The translations under genes and the position numbers were made by a program. The notes beneath the pieces are model-generated. The model was not told the DNA's origin. It was given only the letters and a program-made list of their open reading frames with translations, and did not search any database. A stretch of 64,000 bases of DNA. Source: Actinomycetes bacterium. Its GTDB lineage: Bacteria; Actinomycetota; CALGFH01. Location of the stretch: NCBI GenBank assembly GCA_036392615.1, contig DASVXQ010000058.1, positions 2,123 to 66,122 of the forward strand, in the 5' to 3' direction. Of the stretch, positions 18,193-27,032 are shown piece by piece; position 1 is the stretch's first letter, and every line of letters begins with the position of its first letter.

Positions 18193-18221
18193 TTGCCTGC
18201 GGCGAACACATGTTCGACCAT
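18193..18221 (+). promoter_or_regulatory. Putative dnaE2 promoter: -35 TTGCCT, 17 nt spacer, -10 GACCAT; probably leaderless
   Basis: It has the same architecture and register as the imuA' promoter. The -10 starts at the last two bases of the SOS box, and the ATG at 18229 is 8 nt after the -10. Confidence 0.4.
18202..18217. promoter_or_regulatory. LexA SOS box (GCGAAC-N4-GTTCGA)
   Basis: GCGAACACATGTTCGA matches TCGAAC-N4-GTTCGA at 11 of the 12 specified positions. It ends 12 bp before the dnaE2 ATG, the same distance as at imuA'. Confidence 0.7.
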
Positions 18222-18228
18222 GTGCGCC

Positions 18229-21200
18229 ATGAGTTGGCGGAATCCTCCAATTCCTTGGGCGGAATTCGCCCGGCTGGCAAATGGCAGCAGCTTGCGGTCG
18301 CGGACCCCGACCATCGCCACCGAGGTCGGCCGGGCTCGGCAATCCAAGCGGACCCCCGAGCATCAGCCCGAACCGGCGCCCGAGCGCCAACCCGAACGGG
18401 CCCCCGGGCGGCGGCGGCCGGTGGCTCGGAGGGTCTCGCGGGCGCTGGCGTTTCCCTATGCCGAGCTGCACTGCCACTCGAACGCGAGCTTCCTGGACGG
18501 CGCCTCGCCTCCTGAGGAGCTGGTCGAGGAGGCGGTCCGCCTCGGCTTGGAGGCGCTCGCGCTCACCGACCGGGACGGCATGTACGGGGTGGTCCGCTTC
18601 GCGGAGGCGGCCAAGGCGCTCGGCATGCGCACGGTGTTCGGCGCCGAGCTCACCCTTGGCCTCGAGAGCGCCCGCCCGACCATGCTCGACCCGGACCCCT
18701 CTGGAGACCACCTGCTGGTGCTCGTCCGCGATCCGGAGGGCTACGCCCGCCTCTGTCGGGCCATCTCGACGGCGCAGCTGGCCGGGTCCAAGGGGGCGCC
18801 GCGCTCGAACCTGGAGCTGCTGGCCGGCTTGCACGGCGGCCACTGGCTGGTCCTCACCGGCTGCCGCAAGGGGGCGGTGCCCCGCGCGTTGGTCGAGCGC
18901 GGGCCAACGGCGGCCGCGTATCAGCTCGACCTCCTGATCGAGACGTTCGGCCGCGAGAACGTGCTGGTCGAGATCTGGGACCACGGCGACCCGCTGGACT
19001 CGACGCGCAACGACGCCCTGGTCCGGATCGCGGCCGGGCGCGGGATCGACGCGATGGCCACCAACAACGTCCACTACGCCGTCCCGCGCCGCCGGCGGCT
19101 GGCCACGGCGCTGGCCGCGGTCCGCGCCCGCCGCTCGCTCCACGAGCTGGACGGCTGGCTGCCCGCCTCGGCCAGCGCGCACCTGCGCTCGGGATTCGAG
19201 CAGGCCAGCCGCCTGGCCCGCTATCCAGGGACGGTGGAGCGGGCGGCCGTGCTCGGCCGTGAGCTGGCCTTCGACCTCCAGCTGATCGCCCCGAAGCTGC
19301 CGGACTTTCCGGTCCCCACAGGCCACACCGAGATGAGCTGGCTGCGGCATCTCGCCGAGCAGGGAGCGATCCGCCGGTACGGCCCGCGCGGCGCGAAGCG
19401 GGTGGAGGGCGCCTGGCGGCAGATCGACTACGAGCTCGACATGATCGAGGACCTCGGCTACGCGGGCTACTTCCTGATCGTCTGGGACATCGTGCGGTTC
19501 TGCGAGCGCGCCGACATCTACTGCCAGGGCCGTGGCTCAGCGGCCAACTCGGCCGTCTGCTACGCCATCGGCATCACCAAGGCCGACGCCGTCTCGCTCG
19601 GCCTGCTGTTCGAACGATTCCTCTCGCCGGAGCGCGACGGGCCGCCCGACATCGACCTCGACATCGAGGCGGGCCGGCGCGAAGAGGCGATTCAGTACGT
19701 CTACCAGCGCTACGGCAGGGACCGCGCGGCGCAGGTCGCCAACGTGATCACCTACCAGCCGCGCTCCGCCGTGCGCGACATGGGCCGGGCGCTCGGCTAC
19801 GACCCCGGCCAGCTCGACGCCTGGGCCAAGCAGATCGAGATCTGGGGCCCGGGCGGCGGCAGGGACGACGTCCACGAGTCTCCTGGGGACCGGCCCGGGC
19901 CCAAGGTCGGCCCGCCGGCCGGGCGGCTCGGCGAGGCCGACGACCACGACGTGCCCGCCGCCGTCATGGAGCTCGCCGCCGAGGTCCAGGGATTCCCGCG
20001 GCACCTCGGCATCCACTCGGGCGGGATGGTCATCTGCGACCGGCCGGTGCTGGAGGTCTGCCCGGTCGAGTGGGCGACCATGAAGGACCGCAGCGTGTTG
20101 CAGTGGGACAAGGACGACTGCGCGGCGATCGGGCTGGTGAAGTTCGACCTGCTCGGGCTCGGCATGCTCTCGGCGCTGCACGCGGCGGTCGACCTGATCC
20201 GCGAGCATCAGGGCGTGGAGATCGACCTGGCCGAGCTGCCGCAGGAGCCGGCCGTCTACGAGATGCTCCAGGCGGCCGATTCGGTCGGCGTCTTCCAGGT
20301 CGAGAGCCGCGCGCAGATGGCCACCCTGCCGCGTCTGCGGCCGCGGACGTTCTACGACCTCGTGGTCGAGGTGGCGCTGATCCGGCCCGGCCCGATCCAG
20401 GGCGGCTCGGTGCACCCGTACATCCGCCGTCGCAACGGCTCGGAGAGGGTGACCTACCTGCACCCGCTGCTGGAGCGGTCGCTCTCCAAGACGTTGGGGG
20501 TGCCGCTGTTCCAGGAGCAGCTCATGCAGATGGCGGTCGACGTGGCCGGCTTCACCGCCGCCGAGGCCGACCAACTCCGCCAGGCGATGAGCGCCAAGCG
20601 CTCGGCCGAGCGGATGGAGCGGCTGCGCGAGCGCCTCTACCAGGGGATGGCGGAGCGCGGCGTGACCGGCGAGGTCGCCAACCAGCTCTATGAGCAGCTC
20701 GCCGCCTTCGCCAACTTCGGGTTCCCCGAGAGCCACGCCGTCTCATTCGCCTACCTGGTCTATTCGAGCGCGTGGCTGAAGCTCCACTACCCGGAGGCGT
20801 TCCTGGCCGCGTTGCTGAACTCGCAGCCGATGGGGTTCTACGCGCCGCGGACGCTGGTCGCCGACGCCCGCCGCCACAGCGTGGTCGTCCGCGGCCCCGA
20901 CCTCCACGCAAGCGACGCCCTCGCCACCCTCGAACCACTCGACGGTCCGGAGGAGGAAGGGAAGGGCCCGACGGAGGAGCAGGGGGAAGGGTCTCTTGGC
21001 CCAGGGAAGGACCCGGCGGAGCGGCGGGAAGGGACTCGCAGCCCAAGGAAGGGCTCGGCGCGTGAGCGGCGGGAGGAGGTTCCCGGCCCCGGTGCCGCGG
21101 CTTCGGCGAAACCGGCTCCGGTGGCGGTGCGGGTGGGGTTGTCGTCGGTGCGGGGGATCGGGGACGAGCTGGCGGAGCGGATCGCGGCGGGGCGGCCGTA

Positions 21201-21810
21201 CGACTCGATGGCGGACCTGGTCCACCGGATCGGGTTGAGTGAGGCGCAGGTCGAGGCGCTGGCGACGGCGGGAGCGTTCGGCTGCTTCGGGCTGGAGCGC
21301 CGCGAGGCGCTCTGGGCGGCCGGGGCGGTGGCGCAGGCGCGGGCGGACCGGCTGCCGGGAGCGGTGGTCGGCGCCGAGGCGCCCCGGCTTCCCGGCATGA
21401 GCCCGGTCGAGCTCAGCGCCGCCGACCTGTGGGCGACCGGCCTGTCGGCCACCGGCCACCCCGTCGAGTTCCTCCGCGAGCGGCTCGACGCGCTCGGCGC
21501 GGTGTCGTCCGACGGGCTGGCCGCGGTCGAGCCGGGCGCGCGGGTGCTGGTCGGCGGGATCGTGACCCACCGCCAGCGTCCGGCCACCGCCGGCGGCACG
21601 ACCTTCCTGAGCCTCGAGGACGAGACCGGCATCGTCAACGTGATCTGCTCGCCCGGCGTGTGGGCCCGCTACCGCCGCGCGGCCAGGACCTCGGTCGCCC
21701 TGCTGGCCCGCGGCCGCCTCGAACGGGCCGAGGGCGTCACCAACGTGATCGCCGAGCAGCTCCACCAGTTCAGGACCGACTTCGTCATCCGCTCACGCGA
21801 CTTCCACTGA
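18229..21810 (+). CDS. dnaE2: Error-prone DNA polymerase III alpha subunit DnaE2 (ImuC)
   Basis: MSWRNPPIPWAEFARLANG... then YAELHCHSNASFLDGASPPEELVEEA (PHP domain), the Pol III alpha core and an OB fold. About 1190 aa. Preceded by an SOS box. Confidence 0.92.
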   Translation: MSWRNPPIPWAEFARLANGSSLRSRTPTIATEVGRARQSKRTPEHQPEPAPERQPERAPGRRRPVARRVSRALAFPYAELHCHSNASFLDGASPPEELVEEAVRLGLEALALTDRDGMYGVVRFAEAAKALGMRTVFGAELTLGLESARPTMLDPDPSGDHLLVLVRDPEGYARLCRAISTAQLAGSKGAPRSNLELLAGLHGGHWLVLTGCRKGAVPRALVERGPTAAAYQLDLLIETFGRENVLVEIWDHGDPLDSTRNDALVRIAAGRGIDAMATNNVHYAVPRRRRLATALAAVRARRSLHELDGWLPASASAHLRSGFEQASRLARYPGTVERAAVLGRELAFDLQLIAPKLPDFPVPTGHTEMSWLRHLAEQGAIRRYGPRGAKRVEGAWRQIDYELDMIEDLGYAGYFLIVWDIVRFCERADIYCQGRGSAANSAVCYAIGITKADAVSLGLLFERFLSPERDGPPDIDLDIEAGRREEAIQYVYQRYGRDRAAQVANVITYQPRSAVRDMGRALGYDPGQLDAWAKQIEIWGPGGGRDDVHESPGDRPGPKVGPPAGRLGEADDHDVPAAVMELAAEVQGFPRHLGIHSGGMVICDRPVLEVCPVEWATMKDRSVLQWDKDDCAAIGLVKFDLLGLGMLSALHAAVDLIREHQGVEIDLAELPQEPAVYEMLQAADSVGVFQVESRAQMATLPRLRPRTFYDLVVEVALIRPGPIQGGSVHPYIRRRNGSERVTYLHPLLERSLSKTLGVPLFQEQLMQMAVDVAGFTAAEADQLRQAMSAKRSAERMERLRERLYQGMAERGVTGEVANQLYEQLAAFANFGFPESHAVSFAYLVYSSAWLKLHYPEAFLAALLNSQPMGFYAPRTLVADARRHSVVVRGPDLHASDALATLEPLDGPEEEGKGPTEEQGEGSLGPGKDPAERREGTRSPRKGSARERREEVPGPGAAASAKPAPVAVRVGLSSVRGIGDELAERIAAGRPYDSMADLVHRIGLSEAQVEALATAGAFGCFGLERREALWAAGAVAQARADRLPGAVVGAEAPRLPGMSPVELSAADLWATGLSATGHPVEFLRERLDALGAVSSDGLAAVEPGARVLVGGIVTHRQRPATAGGTTFLSLEDETGIVNVICSPGVWARYRRAARTSVALLARGRLERAEGVTNVIAEQLHQFRTDFVIRSRDFH

Positions 21811-21881
21811 ACGCCGGCCGGTGAAGGCCGGTGGGAACGAGGCGGCCCGGCGCGCCCCGCGCCGACCGCCGGGCCGGCGCG

Positions 21882-22796
21882 CTAACCCGGCGGCGTGGGG
21901 CGGTGGAGGAGGTGGCACAGGGCGGGTTCCAGCTCGGGGTGCTGGAAGGTGTAGCCGCTCGCCTCGGTGGCGGCGGGGTGGACGCGGTCGCTGGAGAGCA
22001 GCAGCTCGTCGGCGAGCCGACCGACCAGCAGCCGGGGCGCGAAGCCCGGCACGGGCACCAGCGCCGGGCGGCCGAGGACCCGGGCGAGGGTGGCGGTGTA
22101 CTCGGCGTTGGTCACCGGGTTCGGGGCGGTGGCGTTCAGCGGACCGCTGGCGGCGCCGCTGACCACGGCGTGACGGTAGATGCCGACCACGTCGTCCAGC
22201 GTCACCCAGCTCCACCACTGCCGGCCCGAGCCGAGCCGGCCGCCGAGCCCGAGCCTGAACAGCGGCGCCTGCAACTGGAGCGCGCCGCCGCGCGGCGTCT
22301 GGACGAAGCCGGTGCGGACGTGGACCGTGCGGATCCCGGCGGCCCGCGCCGGATCGGCGGCCGCCTCCCACGCTCGGCAGACCTCGGACATGAACAGCCC
22401 CTCGCCCCCTGGGCTGGTCTCGGTCAGCAGCTCGTCGCCACGGTCGCCGTAATAGTGGATCCCCGAGGCGGTCACCAGCACCCGCGGGCCGTCCGGCAGG
22501 CCCGCCATGGTGTCAGCGAGCAGCCGGGTCCCCCGCACGCGGCTGGCCAGGATCTCCCGCTTGACCTTGGCGGTCCAGCGCAGGCTGGCGATGGGCCTGC
22601 CGGCCAGGTGCACCACCGCGTCGGCCTTGGCCAGCGCCTCCGCGTCGATGGTGCCGCCCGCCGGGTCCCAGCGGGCGGCACCCGGTCCGGGACTCGGCGA
22701 GCGGGTGAGACGGAGCACCTCATGACCGTCGCCGGCCAGGCTGGAGACCAGCGCCGACCCGATCATGCCGGTGGAACCGGTGACCGCTACCAGCAT
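21882..22796 (-). CDS. TIGR01777/YfcH-type NAD-dependent epimerase/dehydratase family protein (with DUF1731)
   Basis: MLVAVTGSTGMIGSAL (Rossmann) and C-terminal ...SGYTFQHPELEPAL, typical of YfcH-like proteins. Confidence 0.82.
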   Translation of the reverse strand: MLVAVTGSTGMIGSALVSSLAGDGHEVLRLTRSPSPGPGAARWDPAGGTIDAEALAKADAVVHLAGRPIASLRWTAKVKREILASRVRGTRLLADTMAGLPDGPRVLVTASGIHYYGDRGDELLTETSPGGEGLFMSEVCRAWEAAADPARAAGIRTVHVRTGFVQTPRGGALQLQAPLFRLGLGGRLGSGRQWWSWVTLDDVVGIYRHAVVSGAASGPLNATAPNPVTNAEYTATLARVLGRPALVPVPGFAPRLLVGRLADELLLSSDRVHPAATEASGYTFQHPELEPALCHLLHRPTPPG

Positions 22797-22809
22797 CCTG
22801 GGACTCTAC

Positions 22810-24291
22810 TCAAGAACCCTCCTTGCGGGCGGGTGTCTGGCCGCCCGTGCCGGAAGTGTTGCCCTTGGCCGTCCCGTTGGTCTCGACGCTGCCGTTGCCC
22901 TTGCCGCCGAGGATGCCGCGCGCGAGCTGGAGCCCGGCCACGCCCTGGCTCAACGCCTGGGCGAGCGCCTCGGACAGCCCCTGCGCCCCGTTGAGGACGA
23001 TCATCTGGTCGACCGCGCCGAACGGCTTGGCCGCGGCCTCCACGATCGCCGGCCAGTTCTCGGCGAGCTGCTGGCCGATGACCGCGTCCTGGTTCTGGGC
23101 GAGCGCGTCGGCGCGCGCCTTGATGGCGTCCGCCTCGGCCAGGCCGCGCGCCCGCGCGGCGTCGGCCTCGGCGCGACCCTTGGCCGCGGTCGCGGCGGCC
23201 TCGCCCTCGCCGACCTGCTTGGCGGCCTCGGCGTTGGCGGATGCCTCGAGGCGGACCCGCTCGGCCCCGGCCTGCGCCTCGAGCCGGACCCGCTGCGAGT
23301 TGCCCGCGGCCTGGAGCTCGACCTCCTGCCGCTCGGCCTCGGCGCCGGCGATGCGGGCGTCGCGCTCGGCCTTGGCCAGCGTGGTCCGCTCGTAGGCCTT
23401 GGCGTCGGCCGGCTTGCGGACGGTCGCCTGGAGCCGCTGCTCCTCGCGGTGGGCCTCCAACTCGGCGACCCTGGTCTCCTGGACGACCACCTCCTGGCGG
23501 GCGCTGGCGTCCGCGAGCGGTCCGGACTGCTTGGCCTCGGCGGCGGCCCGGTCGACCTGCGCCTGGTAGCCGGCCTGCTTGATCTGGCTGTCGCGGCGGG
23601 CCTCGGCCTTGAGCGCCTCGGCCTGCTGCTCGGCCTGGGTCGCCTCGCGGTCGGCGTGCGCCTGCGCGATGCGCGCCTCGCGCGAGACGGCCGCCGCGTG
23701 GGGCAGCGCCAGGTTCTTGATGTAGCCGGTGGGGTCGTGGATCTCCTGGATCTGGAGGGAGTCCACGATCAGGCCGAGCTTCTCCATCTCGGTCCCTGAG
23801 GACTCGCGGGTGAGCGAGGTGAGCTTCTCGCGGTCGCGGATCATCTCCTCGACGGTCATGTTGCCGACGATCGCCCGCAGGTGCCCGGCGAACACGTTGT
23901 GGACCCGGGCGTCCATCTGGTTCTGCTGGTCGAGGAAGCGGCGGGCGGCGTTGGCGATCGAGACGTAGTCGTCGCCGACCTTGAAGATCACCACGCCCTG
24001 GATCGCCAGCGGGATGCCCTGGGTGCTCACGCAGTCGATGGCGAGCTGGGCCTCGCGCAGGTCGAGCGAGAGGCGGCGCACGGTCTGGATGCCGGGCAGG
24101 ACCAGCGTGCCCTTGCCGGTGACGATCTTGAAGCCGAGGCTCTCGCCGACGCCCTCGACCTCGGCGTGCTGCCGCAACCCCGAGATGACCAGCGCCTCGT
24201 TCGGCTCGGCCACACGCCACATCAGACGGAACAGGACGAACAGCAGCAGGAGAACGACCAGCGCGCCCCCGGCGATGATGATGGGGTCCAT
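22810..24291 (-). CDS. Flotillin family (SPFH/band 7) protein
   Basis: N-terminal TM segment, SPFH domain (PNEALVISG...), a long Ala/Glu/Arg coiled-coil flotillin repeat region, and C-terminal ...VIGQQLAENWPAIVEAAAKPF. ATG 24291 preferred, with an alternative TTG at 24309. Confidence 0.9.
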   Translation of the reverse strand: MDPIIIAGGALVVLLLLFVLFRLMWRVAEPNEALVISGLRQHAEVEGVGESLGFKIVTGKGTLVLPGIQTVRRLSLDLREAQLAIDCVSTQGIPLAIQGVVIFKVGDDYVSIANAARRFLDQQNQMDARVHNVFAGHLRAIVGNMTVEEMIRDREKLTSLTRESSGTEMEKLGLIVDSLQIQEIHDPTGYIKNLALPHAAAVSREARIAQAHADREATQAEQQAEALKAEARRDSQIKQAGYQAQVDRAAAEAKQSGPLADASARQEVVVQETRVAELEAHREEQRLQATVRKPADAKAYERTTLAKAERDARIAGAEAERQEVELQAAGNSQRVRLEAQAGAERVRLEASANAEAAKQVGEGEAAATAAKGRAEADAARARGLAEADAIKARADALAQNQDAVIGQQLAENWPAIVEAAAKPFGAVDQMIVLNGAQGLSEALAQALSQGVAGLQLARGILGGKGNGSVETNGTAKGNTSGTGGQTPARKEGS

Positions 24292-24313
24292 GACGAGACC
24301 AGCCTCCAAGCCC

Positions 24314-24523
24314 CTAGATCGGGCTCACGACAACGGTCCGCGGGGGGAAGTACTCGACGACCACGACGCGCCGTCCGGGCTCGATGGTGTCCTCGCTGTC
24401 GGCGGAGTAGGCGTGGAACGCCTCGCTGCCGCCGCGGATCGCGACCATGACCTCACCGATCCGGCCGGGTGCGATGGTGCCGGTGACCCGCCCAACCCGT
24501 CCGACCATCTGGTCTGCGGACAA
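24314..24523 (-). CDS. NfeD-like OB-fold protein (C-terminal domain only)
   Basis: 69 aa with GRVGRVTGTIAPGRIGEVMVAIRGGSEAFHAYSADSEDTIEPGRRVVVVE, the pattern of the NfeD soluble domain. It lies immediately upstream of flotillin, 4 nt from its alternative TTG start (24309). Confidence 0.72.
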   Translation of the reverse strand: MSADQMVGRVGRVTGTIAPGRIGEVMVAIRGGSEAFHAYSADSEDTIEPGRRVVVVEYFPPRTVVVSPI

Positions 24524-24638
24524 CCGGTCCTCGTCTCCCCCGCGTCTGATGGATGCTTCGCGCGCGCAGCCACATGATGAACCATCCTCGAGCCGAGATC
24601 TTCTTCAATGGCCCAAGTTGTGGACAATCGTCAGGCGA

Positions 24639-25472
24639 ATGACAACGCGACAGAGCGACGATCGGCACGAAGACCCCTGGGACCCCGTTCGGTACGAGCG
24701 ATTCGCGGCCGAGCGCAACGCCCCCTATTTCGACCTGCTCGCGCTCGTCCGGCCGATCCCCGGCGGACGTGCCGTCGACCTCGGCTGCGGCACCGGCGCG
24801 CTGACCGTCGAGCTGCACCGGCGGACCCGCGCCGCCGAGACGCTCGGGCTCGACAGCTCCGCCGCCATGCTGGAGCGGGCCGGTGCGCTCGCCGGGGGCG
24901 GGCTGCGCTTCGCCCAGGGCGACATCGCCGAGTTCGGCGCGGGGGAGACCGGCGGGCGCTGGGACCTGATCTTCTCCAACGCGGCACTCCAGTGGGTGCC
25001 GGACCATCCGCGGCTGCTGGAGCGCCTCAGCGCCCGCCTGAGCGCCGGAGGCCAGCTGGCGGTGCAGGTCCCGGGCAACCACGACCACGTCTCGCACCTG
25101 GTCGCCGCGGAGCTGGCCGCGGAGGAGCCGTTCCGCGCCGCGATGGATGGCTACCAGCGGATCAGCCCGGTTCAGGCGCCGGAGCGCTATGCGGAGCTGC
25201 TGGAGCGGCTGGGCTTCGTCGAGCAGCACGTGCGGCTGCAGATCTACCCGCACCACCTCGCCGGGCCGGAGCAGGTGATCGAGTGGAGCCGCGGGACGCT
25301 GCTGACCGACTACCAGCGCCGCATGCCGCCGGAGCTGTTCGAACGGTTCCTGGCCGCCTACAGCCGCCGCCTGCTGCCCCGGCTCGACCAGCGCAGGCCG
25401 TACTTCTATCCGTTCAAGCGGATCCTTCTATGGGCCTGCGGCCCGGCGAATCGGGCAGCTCCTTGGTCCTGA
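24639..25472 (+). CDS. tam: Trans-aconitate 2-methyltransferase-like SAM-dependent methyltransferase
   Basis: WDPVRYERFAAERNAPYFDLL..., VDLGCGTGALT and FSNAALQWVPDH are Tam family signatures. Start at ATG 24639. Confidence 0.8.
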   Translation: MTTRQSDDRHEDPWDPVRYERFAAERNAPYFDLLALVRPIPGGRAVDLGCGTGALTVELHRRTRAAETLGLDSSAAMLERAGALAGGGLRFAQGDIAEFGAGETGGRWDLIFSNAALQWVPDHPRLLERLSARLSAGGQLAVQVPGNHDHVSHLVAAELAAEEPFRAAMDGYQRISPVQAPERYAELLERLGFVEQHVRLQIYPHHLAGPEQVIEWSRGTLLTDYQRRMPPELFERFLAAYSRRLLPRLDQRRPYFYPFKRILLWACGPANRAAPWS

Positions 25473-26124
25473 TGTCGACCCCGCCCATGAACGCGACGCC
25501 GCGCACCCGCAGCACCGGCGAGTCCGGCCCAAGCAGGTCGTTGCGCGCGCGGTTGTCCCAGCCGCCCATGAAGCCGAAGCCACTGGACTCGACGCGGATT
25601 CCCGGCGGCACGATGATCTCGATCCCGCCCATGATCGCCACCGCGGTGATGGTGGTGACCTGCGCGCTCAGGATCGCGCCGCGCAGGTCGAGCTGCACGC
25701 CGCCCATCAGCGCGAACGCGGTCGAGTCGGGCGGCACCCGCCACGGGCCCTTGCGGTCGACGCCGCTCATGATCGCGATCGAGAGCCGGTTGCCGCCCGG
25801 TCCGGGCCGCACCACCGGCACCCCGGTGTGGGGGTGGTACGCCTGCGCCCCCTGGTGGTAGCTGGTCGGCAGGTCGTCGAACAGCCGCTCGAGCTGGCCG
25901 ATGGTCCTGGCCTGCAGCGCGCTGCTGGAGCGCTCGTCGAATTCCTCCTGGTCGAGGCGGCCCTCGACGTAGGCGGCGCGCAGCCGGTCGATCGCCTGGT
26001 TGCGCTCGGCGTCCGAGGCGCGCGGGGTGGTGTCCGGCGCCGGCGCGCGCGGCGCCCGCTCGGCCGGGGGCTGCGCGGCCGGCTCTCTGGGCTGCTCGGC
26101 GGGAGGGTTGCCCTCTGGCGGCAT
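25414..26124 (-). CDS. DUF1707 (SHOCT-like) domain protein with LiaF-type C-terminal beta-rich domain
   Basis: ASDAERNQAIDRLRAAYVEGRLDQEEFDERSSSAL is the DUF1707 motif. The C-terminal repeated MGG(V/I) strands are as in cell-wall-stress LiaF-like proteins. The 3' end overlaps the tam 3' end by 59 bp. Confidence 0.72.
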   Translation of the reverse strand: MPPEGNPPAEQPREPAAQPPAERAPRAPAPDTTPRASDAERNQAIDRLRAAYVEGRLDQEEFDERSSSALQARTIGQLERLFDDLPTSYHQGAQAYHPHTGVPVVRPGPGGNRLSIAIMSGVDRKGPWRVPPDSTAFALMGGVQLDLRGAILSAQVTTITAVAIMGGIEIIVPPGIRVESSGFGFMGGWDNRARNDLLGPDSPVLRVRGVAFMGGVDIRTKELPDSPGRRPIEGSA

Positions 26125-26199
26125 CTGGTCGGCTCCTCAAGGTCGCTGGCTCCGGCCATTCTGGCGAAGACCGCCGGAGCTGCAAACCTCGGTGCCTCG

Positions 26200-26991
26200 T
26201 CAGTACCGCTGGTCGTGCGGGCAGTAGGTGGTGCCGCGGCCACCGAGCCAGATCTTCTTCAGGGGTCTGCCGCAGCGCGGGCAGGGCTGTCCGGCCTGGC
26301 CGTAGGCGATCAGGAAGGTGGCGTTGCGCCCGCTCTCGCCGTTCACCATGCGGTAGTCGCGGAAGGTGGTGCCCTCGCGGTCGATCGCCTGCGTGAGGAC
26401 CTGGCGGATGGCCGCGTGCAGGGCCAGCGCCCGGTTGCGGCCGACGCGCCGGGAGGCCGGGTGGATGCGCGCCAGCCAGAGCGCCTCGTCGGCGTAGATG
26501 TTGCCGACGCCCGCCACCGGCCGCTGGCTGAGCAGGTAGGGCTTGATCGGGGCGCGGGTCAGCGCCAGCCGGCGGACGAAGCGCTCCGGGTCGAACTCGT
26601 CGGACAGCGGCTCGGGGCCGAGCTTGGCCAGGGTGGGCAGCGCCTCGTAGTGGCCAGCCGGCACCACCGCCAGGCCGCCGAAGCGCCGCACGTCGCGGAA
26701 GACCAGCTCGCGGCCGTCGTCCAGGCCGAGGCGGGCGCGCGTGTAGGCGTCCGCCGGTCCGAAGTGCAGCACCCCGGTCATGCCGAGGTGCAGGATCAGC
26801 TCGAGGTCGCCGTCGAGCAGGCAGATCAGGAACTTGCCGCGCCGGCCGACGTCGAGCACGGTGTGGCCGACCAGCCGCTCCGGGTCCAGGAAGCGGCGCT
26901 GCACGTCGGTCCAGACCTTGACGATCTGGTGTCCGCGCAGCTCGGGTTCGAGCTGGCGCCGGACGGACTCGACCTCGGGGAGCTCGGGCAT
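26200..26991 (-). CDS. mutM: Formamidopyrimidine-DNA glycosylase (Fpg/MutM)
   Basis: MPELPEVE N-terminus (catalytic Pro2), an H2TH region, and a C-terminal zinc finger CPRCGRPLKKIWLGGRGTTYCPHDQ. Confidence 0.92.
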   Translation of the reverse strand: MPELPEVESVRRQLEPELRGHQIVKVWTDVQRRFLDPERLVGHTVLDVGRRGKFLICLLDGDLELILHLGMTGVLHFGPADAYTRARLGLDDGRELVFRDVRRFGGLAVVPAGHYEALPTLAKLGPEPLSDEFDPERFVRRLALTRAPIKPYLLSQRPVAGVGNIYADEALWLARIHPASRRVGRNRALALHAAIRQVLTQAIDREGTTFRDYRMVNGESGRNATFLIAYGQAGQPCPRCGRPLKKIWLGGRGTTYCPHDQRY

Positions 26992-27032
26992 GCCATGAGC
27001 GTACCGCCAGGCCCGACAACCGGATGCGGCCG

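Noticed and set aside
25414-25472. 59 bp convergent overlap of the tam and DUF1707 gene ends as a regulatory antisense feature
   Set aside because: This is probably just a slightly extended, poorly conserved Tam C-terminus (…WACGPANRAAPWS). There is no additional structure or motif to support a function.
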